A stretch of DNA of 64,000 nucleotides, from the IMG/VR virus record IMGVR_UViG_3300025121_000035, positions 1 through 64,000 of that record. One strand, given 5' to 3'. This document shows, piece by piece, positions 32,141-41,694 of the stretch. Made by a program: the position numbers and the translations under genes. Numbering within the stretch: the stretch's first letter is position 1; every line of letters begins with the position of its first letter. The notes below the pieces were generated by a model. That model did not search any database. It saw nothing but the letters and a program-made list of their open reading frames with translations, and was not told the origin of the DNA. The DNA is from a virus.

Positions 32141-32998
32141 ATGAATAAATACAATAGAAAAGAGGTAGAAATAGAAGCTCTTAAATATTTTAATGATGAT
32201 TCATTAGCAAAAGATGTATGGATTAATAAATATGCATTAAAAGATTCAATTGGTAATATATATGAATTAACACCAATTGATATGCATAAAAGATTAGCTA
32301 AAGAACTTAATAGAATAGAAGAAAAATATCCTAATCCTTTATCAGAAGAAAAAATCTTTAATCTTATTAAAGATTTTAAATATATTGTACCACAAGGTGG
32401 ACCAATGTCAGGCATTGGTAATAATTTACAAACTGTATCTTTATCTAATTGTTTTGTGATTGGTAATACATCTGATAGTTATGGAGGTATTACTATGACA
32501 GATCAACAACAAGTTCAATTAATGAAACGTAGAGGTGGTGTAGGTCATGATTTATCACATATAAGACCAAAAGGAAGTCCTGTTAAAAACAGTGCTTTAA
32601 CATCTACTGGTGTAGTTCCATTTATGGAAAGATTTTCTAATTCTACTAAAGAAGTAGCACAAGATGGAAGAAGAGGTGCCTTAATGTTAAGTTGTTTTGC
32701 GCCAGATACTTATGTATTGGTAGATTATGGTTGGGATCAAATTATCAATGTTATCCAAAAAATTAAAAATGGTGAAACAATTAAAGCTTGGACACACAAT
32801 GGATTTGAAAACATCACAGATATACAAGAATTTAAAAATAGAGATATTTATGAAATTGAAACAGAAAATGGTAAAAAAATTAAAGTTACACCAGATCATA
32901 AATTTATGGTAAGAAATATAATTACAGGTGAAGAATATTTAAAAGCCATAATTGATGTAGATGTAATAAATGAAGAATTGATTTTTTATTTAGATTAA
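32141..32998 (+). CDS. nrdJ: Class II (B12) ribonucleotide reductase N-part + 101-aa split-intein N-fragment
   Basis: SLSNCFV, RRGGVG, RRGALMLS|CFAPDT...VTPDHKF. Confidence 0.9.
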   Translation: MNKYNRKEVEIEALKYFNDDSLAKDVWINKYALKDSIGNIYELTPIDMHKRLAKELNRIEEKYPNPLSEEKIFNLIKDFKYIVPQGGPMSGIGNNLQTVSLSNCFVIGNTSDSYGGITMTDQQQVQLMKRRGGVGHDLSHIRPKGSPVKNSALTSTGVVPFMERFSNSTKEVAQDGRRGALMLSCFAPDTYVLVDYGWDQIINVIQKIKNGETIKAWTHNGFENITDIQEFKNRDIYEIETENGKKIKVTPDHKFMVRNIITGEEYLKAIIDVDVINEELIFYLD

Positions 32999-33006
32999 GA
33001 AAAAAC

Positions 33007-33043
33007 AGAGTGTTTTATATTTATATATAACAATAAAACACTC
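33007..33043 (+). promoter_or_regulatory. 12-bp stem-loop with a late-type promoter motif in the loop, just upstream of the endonuclease start
   Basis: AGAGTGTTTTAT-atttatatataaca-ATAAAACACTCT, ATG a few nt downstream. Confidence 0.6.
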
Positions 33044-33048
33044 TAAAA

Positions 33049-34032
33049 ATGAAAATTAAATTATTGAAAATTAAAGAAAATGAAAAAATAGTTTTATATA
33101 AAATAAATCAAGATACTTTTACAATAAATGAAAAAACGTTTAAATGTAAAAAAAATACGTCAAATTTAAGTTGTTATTTAAATTCTATAAATTATAGTTT
33201 AATTGATTTATTAAATGTTTCAATAGAAAATAATAAATGTTTAAATTGTAATAATATAATTGACAATAATAGATTTGAAAGAAATACTTTTTTTACTTAT
33301 AAATTTTGTTCAAAATGTAATAACCATAACATTTTGAAAAAATATAAAAAAACTAAATGTATTATATGTGATAAAATAATTTTTTATAAAGATATTATAT
33401 ATTCAACTTGTGGTAATGACAATTGTTTACAAACTCATAGAAATAATATAAATAATAACATTAAAAAAACACATTGGACTAAAAAGGAAAATGTACAAGA
33501 TATTTATTTTAAAAGAAGTAATAAAAGATTAGATAATGATAAAAAATTAAATAGAAAATATACAGCTTGGAATAAGGGAAAAATTGGAATATATTCTAAA
33601 GAAACAATAGAAAAAATCAGAAATGCTACTATAAAACAAATGAAAGAAGGAAGAATTAAAAAAACTAAACAAGAAAAAGTATTTGAACAATTTTTAATTC
33701 ATAATAATATAAAATATATTTATTCATTCATCTATAAAAAAAGACAATTTGATTTCTTTTTAAAAGATTATAATTTAATAATAGAATTACAAGGAGATTA
33801 TTGGCACGCAAATCCTAATTTTTGGGATGTTAATGATGATGATGATACAAAGAAAAAATTATACGAAACACAAAAAATGAAAATAAAAGATGATATTATT
33901 AAAAAAGAATTAATAAACAAATCTAAATATAGTTTTATTGAATTTTGGGAGTATGATATTTATAATAATTTTATAAGTGTTATACAAACTTTAACTAATA
34001 ATTTTAATATAAAATTAAAAAATAATAATTAA
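33049..34032 (+). CDS. Free-standing endonuclease (Zn fingers, NUMOD3-like, Vsr/DUF559-like) between the nrdJ halves
   Basis: AWNKGK..YSKETIEKI; FDF..IIELQGDYWH..FWE. Confidence 0.75.
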   Translation: MKIKLLKIKENEKIVLYKINQDTFTINEKTFKCKKNTSNLSCYLNSINYSLIDLLNVSIENNKCLNCNNIIDNNRFERNTFFTYKFCSKCNNHNILKKYKKTKCIICDKIIFYKDIIYSTCGNDNCLQTHRNNINNNIKKTHWTKKENVQDIYFKRSNKRLDNDKKLNRKYTAWNKGKIGIYSKETIEKIRNATIKQMKEGRIKKTKQEKVFEQFLIHNNIKYIYSFIYKKRQFDFFLKDYNLIIELQGDYWHANPNFWDVNDDDDTKKKLYETQKMKIKDDIIKKELINKSKYSFIEFWEYDIYNNFISVIQTLTNNFNIKLKNNN

Positions 34033-34040
34033 AAAATAAT

Positions 34041-37000
34041 ATGAAAAAAACATATAGTAAAATACTAAAAATTAATAAAAAAGGTAAGGGTAATGTATAT
34101 GATTTTACAGTTCAAAATACACATAGAATTCTAGCTAATAATTTTTATACATCTAATTGTAGTATTAATCATCCTGATGCAGAAGATTTTATAGATGCTA
34201 AATTAGTAGCTGGTAAAGTAACAGGTGCTAATGTATCTGTTAAATTAACTGATGAATTTATGAAAGCTGTAAAATCAGATTCAGATTATTATCAAACTTT
34301 TCCTATTAATTATGACATATCATCTTATACTGATAGATCTAATCTTAAATATGGAGTTATAGAGGAACATAGTTTTCATAATATTGTAAATGATACTTTT
34401 GAAAAAGTTCAAGTTAAAAAAATCAAAGCTAAAGATTTATGGGAAAAAATTATTCATAATGCTTGGAAATCTGCTGAACCTGGTTTAATGTTTTGGGACA
34501 CTATTGAAAGAGAAGCAATACCAGATTGTTATAAAGAGTTTGGTTTTAAGACAGTTAGCACAAATCCGTGCATTGTAGGAGATACATTAATTGCAGTTGC
34601 TGATGGTCGAAATTATGTATCAATAAAACAATTAGCAGAAGAAAATAAAGATATTCCAGTATATTCATCAGATGATAATGGCAATCTTGTTATTAAAACT
34701 ATGAGAAATCCACGAATAACTGGATATAATAAACAAATTTATAAAATTACAATAGAAGGTGGTCATACAATAAGAGTAACAGATAATCATAAATTTATAC
34801 TTAAAAGTGGTATTGATAAAGAAGCAAAAGATTTAAAATATGGTGATAGTTTACAAATATTAAATAAAGTTAATTATTTTGCTAAAAATAATTCAAATTC
34901 TTATTATTCACTATCATCTAATGGTAAAGGCTATAAGGAACATCATCATATAGCTGAATATAATATTGGTCGTAAATTATTTGAAAATGAAGTTGTTCAT
35001 CATATAGATTATATTGGTAAAAATAATAACCCAAATAATTTAGAAGTGATGACTAAAAAAGAACATGATACGTTACATATTAAAGATATGTTAAGTGATA
35101 AAAACCCATATCATAAAATGACTGATGATTGGAAATTTAATTTTGCATCACATCCTGGCGAAACAAATCCTAATTTCAGTGGATTATCAAATAATGATAT
35201 TAAAAACCATGCAATTTTACTAACAAAAAAATTAAATAGAAGATTTAGTAAAAAAGATTGGATTGATTATGCAAAAGAAAATAATTTACCACAATATTTT
35301 AGTTCATTTAGGTTATTTGATACAATTATATCATTATCTAAATTAGTTGCTAGTGAACTTGATATTAAATTTATACATGATGATCCTAGATTAGTTAAAT
35401 CTTATAATAATGCTTTAGATAATGGTTATAATGCTGAAATCAAAGATAATATGGTTATTGTTGAAAAAATATGTGAAAATTGTGAAGAATCATTTTGGGT
35501 AGATTACCAAAAAAGAGAAATATCATTTTGTTCACATAAATGTGCATTAAAATATATTAATAACAATAAAGAAATAGATATTAAAAGATCAAATTCATTA
35601 AATAATACTTATAATAAAAAAGGAGAAATAACTAAAGAAACACAATTAAAAATTTATTCTGATTTAAAATTCGAATTAGGTAGAACACCTTTATTAAAAG
35701 AATGGGAAAATGAATGTAAAAATAATAATGTTCCTTTTAGACTAAAAACAAAATATGGGTTTAATTCATTTAAAAAAATAAAAGAATCTTCTGATTTTTA
35801 TAACCATAAAGTAATATCTATTGAATTAGATGGTTTTGAAGATGTTTATAACGGGACTGTTGATGATACACATAAATTTTATGCTGGTGGATTTGAAGAA
35901 AAAACAAAATCAGGTAAGTCGAAGACAATCAGTGTGTTACAAGAAAATTGCGGAGAGATTCCGTTAAATCCATATGATTCTTGCCGACTATTAGCTATAA
36001 ATTTATATTCATATGTTGATAATCCTTTTACAAAAGATGCTAAATTTAATTTTAAATTATTTAAAGAACATACTCAATATGCACAAAGATTTATGGATGA
36101 TATTGTTGATTTAGAAATTGAAAAAATTGATGAAATTTTGAAAAAAATTGATGCAGATCCTGAACCTGAAGAAATGAAAATTGTTGAAAGAAATCTATGG
36201 ATAAAAATTAAAGAAAAAGCTATTCAAGGTAGACGAACTGGATTAGGTATTACTTCTGAGGGCGATATGTTAGCTGCACTTGGTATTATTTATGGAACAC
36301 CTGAAGCAACTGAATTTGCAGAAAAAATTCATAAAACATTAACAATAGAGGCCTATAAATCTACTATTATTATGGCAGAAGAAAGAGGTGCTTTTTTAGT
36401 ATGGGATTTTGAAAAAGAATATAATAATCCATTTATTCAAAGAATTATGGGTGAATTAGATGAAGATTTTTTACATCGTTATAAAATAAAAGGTAGAAGA
36501 AATATAGCATTATTAACTATTGCTCCTACAGGTTCTGTATCCATAATGACACAAACTACTTCTGGTATTGAACCAGTATATTTAGTTTCTTATAAAAGAA
36601 AAAGAAAAATTAATCCTAATGATAAAAATGCAAGTATTGATTATACTGATAGTGAAGGAATAGCTTGGGAAAGATATAATGTATTTCATCCTAAATTTAA
36701 AATTTGGGCTGATATTAATGGTTATGATTCAACTAAATTAGAAAAATTAACATCTGAAGAATTAGATGTAATAATTAAAAAATCACCTTACTATAAAGCT
36801 ACATCTAATGACGTTGATTGGGTCGAAAAAGTTAAAATGCAAGGTGCTATTCAAAAATGGGTTGATCATTCAATATCTGTAACAGTTAATTTACCAAATG
36901 ATGTTACTGAAGATATAGTATCAAAAGTATATCAAACTGGTTGGGAATATGGATGTAAAGGTATTACAGTATATCGTGATGGTTCTAGAGATGGTGTTTT

Positions 37001-37595
37001 AGAAACTAATAAACCTGAACAAAAAGTTAATATTTTTAGAGAAATTAATGCACCACGTAGACCTAAAAATCTTAAATGTGAAGTTATAAGATTTAATAAT
37101 AAAGGTGAAAAATGGATTGGTTTTTTAGGTCTTTTAGAAAATAAACCTTATGAAGTTTTCAGTGGATTATTAGAAGCTGTTAATATACCTAATTATGTAG
37201 ATTATGGTGAAATAGTTAAAATAAAAAAAGAAGAAGGTGAAATAAATTCTAGATATGATTTTAAATATATTGATAAAGATGGTTATACTCAAACATTTAA
37301 TGGATTATCTAGAGCATTTAATCGTGAATATTGGAATGTTGGTCGTATGATAAGTGGAATTTTAAGACACGGTATGCCTTTACCTAATGTTATGAGAATT
37401 ATTGACAAATTAGATTTTGGAGAAAATTCAAATGATATAACTTCATGGAAAGCTGGTATTAAGAGAATGTTAAAAAAATACATTAAAGATGGAACTTCTG
37501 TTCATGGTTCTAAATGTCCTCAATGTGGAAATACAGAATTGATGTTTAAGGAAGGGTGTGTTAGCTGCGAATGTGGTTGGAGTAAATGTGATTAA
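34041..37595 (+). CDS. nrdJ: 39-aa split-intein C-fragment + NrdJ C-part, containing a second contiguous intein
   Basis: VYDFTV..NFYTSN|CSINHPD; STNP|C...EN|CGE; TIAPTG; C-terminal Zn ribbon. Confidence 0.9.
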   Translation: MKKTYSKILKINKKGKGNVYDFTVQNTHRILANNFYTSNCSINHPDAEDFIDAKLVAGKVTGANVSVKLTDEFMKAVKSDSDYYQTFPINYDISSYTDRSNLKYGVIEEHSFHNIVNDTFEKVQVKKIKAKDLWEKIIHNAWKSAEPGLMFWDTIEREAIPDCYKEFGFKTVSTNPCIVGDTLIAVADGRNYVSIKQLAEENKDIPVYSSDDNGNLVIKTMRNPRITGYNKQIYKITIEGGHTIRVTDNHKFILKSGIDKEAKDLKYGDSLQILNKVNYFAKNNSNSYYSLSSNGKGYKEHHHIAEYNIGRKLFENEVVHHIDYIGKNNNPNNLEVMTKKEHDTLHIKDMLSDKNPYHKMTDDWKFNFASHPGETNPNFSGLSNNDIKNHAILLTKKLNRRFSKKDWIDYAKENNLPQYFSSFRLFDTIISLSKLVASELDIKFIHDDPRLVKSYNNALDNGYNAEIKDNMVIVEKICENCEESFWVDYQKREISFCSHKCALKYINNNKEIDIKRSNSLNNTYNKKGEITKETQLKIYSDLKFELGRTPLLKEWENECKNNNVPFRLKTKYGFNSFKKIKESSDFYNHKVISIELDGFEDVYNGTVDDTHKFYAGGFEEKTKSGKSKTISVLQENCGEIPLNPYDSCRLLAINLYSYVDNPFTKDAKFNFKLFKEHTQYAQRFMDDIVDLEIEKIDEILKKIDADPEPEEMKIVERNLWIKIKEKAIQGRRTGLGITSEGDMLAALGIIYGTPEATEFAEKIHKTLTIEAYKSTIIMAEERGAFLVWDFEKEYNNPFIQRIMGELDEDFLHRYKIKGRRNIALLTIAPTGSVSIMTQTTSGIEPVYLVSYKRKRKINPNDKNASIDYTDSEGIAWERYNVFHPKFKIWADINGYDSTKLEKLTSEELDVIIKKSPYYKATSNDVDWVEKVKMQGAIQKWVDHSISVTVNLPNDVTEDIVSKVYQTGWEYGCKGITVYRDGSRDGVLETNKPEQKVNIFREINAPRRPKNLKCEVIRFNNKGEKWIGFLGLLENKPYEVFSGLLEAVNIPNYVDYGEIVKIKKEEGEINSRYDFKYIDKDGYTQTFNGLSRAFNREYWNVGRMISGILRHGMPLPNVMRIIDKLDFGENSNDITSWKAGIKRMLKKYIKDGTSVHGSKCPQCGNTELMFKEGCVSCECGWSKCD
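34569..35948 (+). mobile_element. Contiguous 460-aa intein with HNH endonuclease at the RNR catalytic NPCGE Cys
   Basis: CIVGDTLI...VTDNHKF...VVHHID..NN..NL...VYNGTV...QEN|C. Confidence 0.9.
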
Positions 37596-37619
37596 TTTGA
37601 TTTTAATAATTATTTTTAA

Positions 37620-37652
37620 GGTCTATTGAATAATTTTCAATAGACTTTTTTA
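37620..37652 (+). terminator. Rho-independent terminator after nrdJ
   Basis: GTCTATTGAA-loop-TTCAATAGAC followed by a T run. Confidence 0.7.
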
Positions 37653-37664
37653 TATATATGTAAT

Positions 37665-38153
37665 ATGAAAACATTTAAACAATATAACGAGTCAATAAAA
37701 GATTTACTTCAACCGAAATCTAATGATGAAATAATTAAAGCATTAGAAGGTTTATCTGATTCAGATAAGATAAAACAAATAATTATAAATCAATTAGATT
37801 ATGATTTATTACCAGAAAATTTAGTTGTTGATGGTGATTTATTTTGTAATAATAAAAGATTAACTAGTTTACCTGATAATTTAGTTGTTAATGGTTATTT
37901 AAATTGTAGTTTTAATGAATTAACTATTTTACCAAAAAATTTAACTGTTAATGGTGATTTAGATTGTAGATATAATAAGTTAACTAGTTTGCCTGAAAAT
38001 TTAGTTGTTGATGGTTATTTAAATTGTAGAAATAATCAATTAACTAGTTTGCCTGAAAATTTAGTTGTTGATGGTTATTTAGATTGTAGAAATAATCCTT
38101 TACTAGAAGATATTAAAAAACCAAAAGGTGTAACAGGATACTTTTATAATTAA
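37665..38153 (+). CDS. CTS-motif LRR-like repeat protein (five 21-aa units)
   Basis: MKTFKQYNESIKDLL; LTSLPENLVVDGYLxCxxN repeats. Confidence 0.8.
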   Translation: MKTFKQYNESIKDLLQPKSNDEIIKALEGLSDSDKIKQIIINQLDYDLLPENLVVDGDLFCNNKRLTSLPDNLVVNGYLNCSFNELTILPKNLTVNGDLDCRYNKLTSLPENLVVDGYLNCRNNQLTSLPENLVVDGYLDCRNNPLLEDIKKPKGVTGYFYN

Positions 38154-38196
38154 TTTTTGAATTTAATATATACATATGTTAAAACAAGAACTAAAT

Positions 38197-38643
38197 ATGA
38201 TAAAAACTTTTAAACAATATAATGAAAGTGTAAAAGATTTACTGATTGGTAAATCTGATGAAGATGTAAAAAAAGGATTAGATAATTTACCTAATAATAA
38301 AAAAATAGAAACAATTATTAAGTATCAATTAGATTATTCTTTATTACCTAGAAATAGCGAAGGTATTTGTACTTATTATGGTCATTTAGATTGTAGTTTT
38401 AATAAATTAACTAGTTTGCCTGACAATTTAACTGTTAATGGTCATTTATATTGTTATGATAATCTATTAACTAGTTTGCCTGATAATTTAATTGTTAATG
38501 GTTTTTTAAATTGTAGACATAATCAATTAAAAAAATTACCAGATAATTTAATTGTTAAAGGTGATTTATATTGTGGTTATAATAATCAATTACCAGAAGG
38601 TATTAAAAAACCAAAAGGTGTAAAAGGGAATCTTTATAAATAG
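38197..38643 (+). CDS. CTS-motif LRR-like repeat protein
   Basis: Start at MIKTFKQYNE preferred, by analogy with the duplicated upstream region of 38687. Confidence 0.8.
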   Translation: MIKTFKQYNESVKDLLIGKSDEDVKKGLDNLPNNKKIETIIKYQLDYSLLPRNSEGICTYYGHLDCSFNKLTSLPDNLTVNGHLYCYDNLLTSLPDNLIVNGFLNCRHNQLKKLPDNLIVKGDLYCGYNNQLPEGIKKPKGVKGNLYK

Positions 38644-38686
38644 TTTCTAAATTTAATATATACATATGTTAAAACAATAATTAAAT

Positions 38687-40741
38687 ATGATAAAAACTTT
38701 TAAACAATATAATGAAAATATTATAGATTATCTTAAGCCTAAATCTAAAGATGAAATTATTAAAAATATTAAAATTTATATAAAAAAATATTATTTAGAA
38801 AAAGGTTATATTGTTTTACCACACTCAGAATATATTTGGATCGGTAAAGATGAAAATAATAATACAAAACTTATTACTTCTTTACATATAGAAGGTGTTC
38901 GTGTTTTACTATATAATAAAAATATGATTAAAAAAGATTCTTATATAATACCATATGAAGTATTAAGTACTGATATAATAGATAATATAACATCAGCTTT
39001 ACGATATATAAAAAAACCTATAAATGAGGGAATTACTAATATACTAAAAGGAAAATCAAAAGATGATATATTAAAAACTATTAGCAAAATTGATATTAGT
39101 AATGATATATTTTATGTTATAAAAAAATATACTGAAGTATATCCACAAGAAGTAGAATTTTTTGTAGAATTTATTAATAATTATCCGATAAAATCATATT
39201 TATATGATGATATATATAATTATTTTTATAATGGATATAATGTTTTTTCAAGCATTAAACAATATAAAAATATTTTAGATGATAAAGATAAAGTAGAAGA
39301 TTTAATTAGTGTTTTAGATGCTAGATTAAATAGTTTAGATGATGATAATGATTTATTACCAAATTTTGATATAATTATATCATTTATAAAAGATTTACTT
39401 AAAACAAGTTGGGCTACAAAAATTATATATGAATCTGTAAAAGATTTACTGAAGGGTAAATCAGATGAAGAAATAGAAAAAACATTAAAAGAATTAAATA
39501 TATTAGAAAAAGTTAAAAAAGTTAAATCATATAATTTAAATGATAAATATATGCCATCAGATAAAGAAATTCAAAAAGCATTAGAAGATAATTGGAGAAA
39601 TGTTAATTTGAAAAATGTTATTTATATTGATGATAAAATTTTATTAGATGTATCATTAAAAACTTTAAAATTAGCACATCTTGTAATAAAATATAAATTA
39701 CCCGAAAATTTTTTTCCACAAGAATATATTGATGTAAAAAACAAAACAATTTTAAATATTAAAAAATATTATGATAAATTACGTAAATTATTAATAAATA
39801 AGAATATAAATAATGAAAATAAATTTTATTTACATTCTGATTTAAAACAAGATGAATTATTTTTAAGGAATAATGAAGAAGGTGATGAAGAAGGAATAAC
39901 TGAACATATTATTTATGTATTATATCCTGAACAAGTAGGTGTTGATTTAATTTTATATGATATTGATGAATCTAAATCATATAAGTTATATTATGAAGAT
40001 TTGAATCTTTTTATTTTAAAAAAAATTGATGACATATTAACTAATGTATTTTATAATTTTAATCAACAAGGACAAACAAAAGAAGATCAAAAAGAAATAA
40101 ACGAAAATGTTAAAAATTTGTTGAAGGGTAAATCAGATGAAGAAATAGAAAAAGCATTAAAAGAATTAGATATATTAGAAAAAGTTGAAAAAGTTAAATC
40201 ATATAATTTGGATGATAAATATATGCCATCAGATGAAGAAGTTAAAAACTATTTGGATAATTTAGATAAAACAGATATTGAAAAAGTACAATTAATATTT
40301 AAATATGAATTATCTGAAAAATTCTTACCTAAAAATTATGAATTATATAAAAAAAGGTATATTAAAAATATTAAAAAATTTTTTAAAAAACTATATGATA
40401 ATCAAATAAAATATAATATTGGACAATCTGAAGATTATTATAAACCACCAAATATTGATAATTTTTATTTTAATATTGATGATTTAAATATTAAAAATAT
40501 TTATTCTTATCGTTTATCGTATAAATATGATATGCATTATATTAATCGTATATGTTATAATAATATATCTACATCAGTTATAGATGAAGAAGATATGGAT
40601 GATGATAATATAGATGATAATATAGATAGTTATGAAACTATACCTTATGAAAATTTAAATATATTTGATTTAAAAGAAATATATTTACTATTAAAAACAT
40701 TTATAAATAAAAATATTGTAAAGCAATTCATATATTTTTAA
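38687..40741 (+). CDS. CTS-motif multi-module protein (four xxE-SVKDLLKGKS modules)
   Basis: Module headers at the N-terminus and near 39020, 39425 and 40097. Confidence 0.75.
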   Translation: MIKTFKQYNENIIDYLKPKSKDEIIKNIKIYIKKYYLEKGYIVLPHSEYIWIGKDENNNTKLITSLHIEGVRVLLYNKNMIKKDSYIIPYEVLSTDIIDNITSALRYIKKPINEGITNILKGKSKDDILKTISKIDISNDIFYVIKKYTEVYPQEVEFFVEFINNYPIKSYLYDDIYNYFYNGYNVFSSIKQYKNILDDKDKVEDLISVLDARLNSLDDDNDLLPNFDIIISFIKDLLKTSWATKIIYESVKDLLKGKSDEEIEKTLKELNILEKVKKVKSYNLNDKYMPSDKEIQKALEDNWRNVNLKNVIYIDDKILLDVSLKTLKLAHLVIKYKLPENFFPQEYIDVKNKTILNIKKYYDKLRKLLINKNINNENKFYLHSDLKQDELFLRNNEEGDEEGITEHIIYVLYPEQVGVDLILYDIDESKSYKLYYEDLNLFILKKIDDILTNVFYNFNQQGQTKEDQKEINENVKNLLKGKSDEEIEKALKELDILEKVEKVKSYNLDDKYMPSDEEVKNYLDNLDKTDIEKVQLIFKYELSEKFLPKNYELYKKRYIKNIKKFFKKLYDNQIKYNIGQSEDYYKPPNIDNFYFNIDDLNIKNIYSYRLSYKYDMHYINRICYNNISTSVIDEEDMDDDNIDDNIDSYETIPYENLNIFDLKEIYLLLKTFINKNIVKQFIYF

Positions 40742-40859
40742 GATAATCAATAGTTAAAGAAAACCATTAAATATTTAATTTAATGGACGATTTTTATCAA
40801 AACAGGCTTCAATTATTTAATATATAAAATAAAACAAAAAAAATAATAAATTAGAAATT

Positions 40860-41045
40860 ATGGAAGAACGTATAACATTAGATCAACTTATTGAATTAGT
40901 CGAAGAAGTTAGAAAAGATTATGATAAGTTTTATGATAAAGGAGTTAAAGCTGCCGCTACTCGTCTTAGAAAAGGATTACAAGATATAATCAAAATATCG
41001 AAAGATATGAGAGTTCAAGCAATCGAACACAAAAAATCATTATAA
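40860..41045 (+). CDS. Histone H1-like Hc1-family nucleoid protein
   Basis: KGVKAAATRLRKGLQ..K..KDMR motif typical of Bacteroidota Hc1-like proteins. Confidence 0.75.
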   Translation: MEERITLDQLIELVEEVRKDYDKFYDKGVKAAATRLRKGLQDIIKISKDMRVQAIEHKKSL

Positions 41046-41049
41046 AAGA

Positions 41050-41083
41050 AAAAAAGGGATATATAATTTATATCCCTTTTTTT
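41050..41083. terminator. Bidirectional terminator
   Basis: AAAAAAGGGATATA-loop-TATATCCCTTTTTTT. Confidence 0.75.
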
Positions 41084-41084
41084 G

Positions 41085-41100
41085 TGTTCCACGTGGAACA
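41085..41100. promoter_or_regulatory. parS centromere-like site
   Basis: Perfect 16-bp palindrome TGTTCCACGTGGAACA matching the chromosomal parS consensus; GC-rich island in AT-rich intergenic DNA. Confidence 0.85.
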
Positions 41101-41132
41101 ATTATTTAATTTTTATCTTTTTTATATAAATC

Positions 41133-41184
41133 GTCAAATTCATCTATTAAACTAAAGATTTATCGATTTTCTTTGACGTATAAT
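41133..41184 (-). mobile_element. Orphan IS200/IS605 left end
   Basis: TTTAT|ATTATACGTCAAAGAAAATC-hairpin-GATGAATTTGAC. Confidence 0.7.
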
Positions 41185-41209
41185 ATAAATTATACTCTTT
41201 GATAAGTAA

Positions 41210-41563
41210 TTATTCTACTTTTAAAATATCTTTAAACGCTTTTTTAAAACTTTCTTTTGGCATACCACCATGTGACATTTGAGGTTGTTCGTTCATAGGT
41301 ATAAATAACAGTGATGGAATACTTTGAATACCAAATGCTGATGCTAATTCGTGTTCTTCTTCAGTATTAATTTTGTATATATCTATTTTTCCATCATATT
41401 CTTTACTTAATTCATCAAGAATAGGCGCAATAGATTTACAGGGCATACACCAGTCTGCATACCAGTCAATTAAAGTAGGTTTATCACCTTCAAATTTCCA
41501 ATCTTTATTTTTTTCATAATCGAATACTTTTGTTTTAAATGTTTCTGTTGTTAAATTTTCCAT
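41210..41563 (-). CDS. trxA: Thioredoxin
   Basis: DWYADWCMPCK, GIQSIPSLLF; Bacteroidota-type N-terminus. Confidence 0.9.
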   Translation of the reverse strand: MENLTTETFKTKVFDYEKNKDWKFEGDKPTLIDWYADWCMPCKSIAPILDELSKEYDGKIDIYKINTEEEHELASAFGIQSIPSLLFIPMNEQPQMSHGGMPKESFKKAFKDILKVE

Positions 41564-41604
41564 AATTTTATAATTATTTTTTTAGTTATATGTTTCCTTA
41601 ACAT

Positions 41605-41645
41605 ATCAATTATAATGCCTAATAATTAAATCGGCAACATTGTCA
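41605..41645 (-). promoter_or_regulatory. Sigma54-like promoter with upstream TGACA box (trxA)
   Basis: TGACAATGTTGCCG-N11-AGGCATTATAATTGAT; same architecture at dnaK and Hsp20. Confidence 0.5.
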
Positions 41646-41694
41646 TATTTATATAGTTTTAAATTTGTAAAGTTTAATTTAATATATAATAGAT

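Noticed and set aside
29131-34040. Group I/II introns explaining the helicase and nrdJ interruptions
   Set aside because: Spacers flanking the endonuclease ORFs are only 7-50 nt, too short for a ribozyme; intein N/C motifs explain the split
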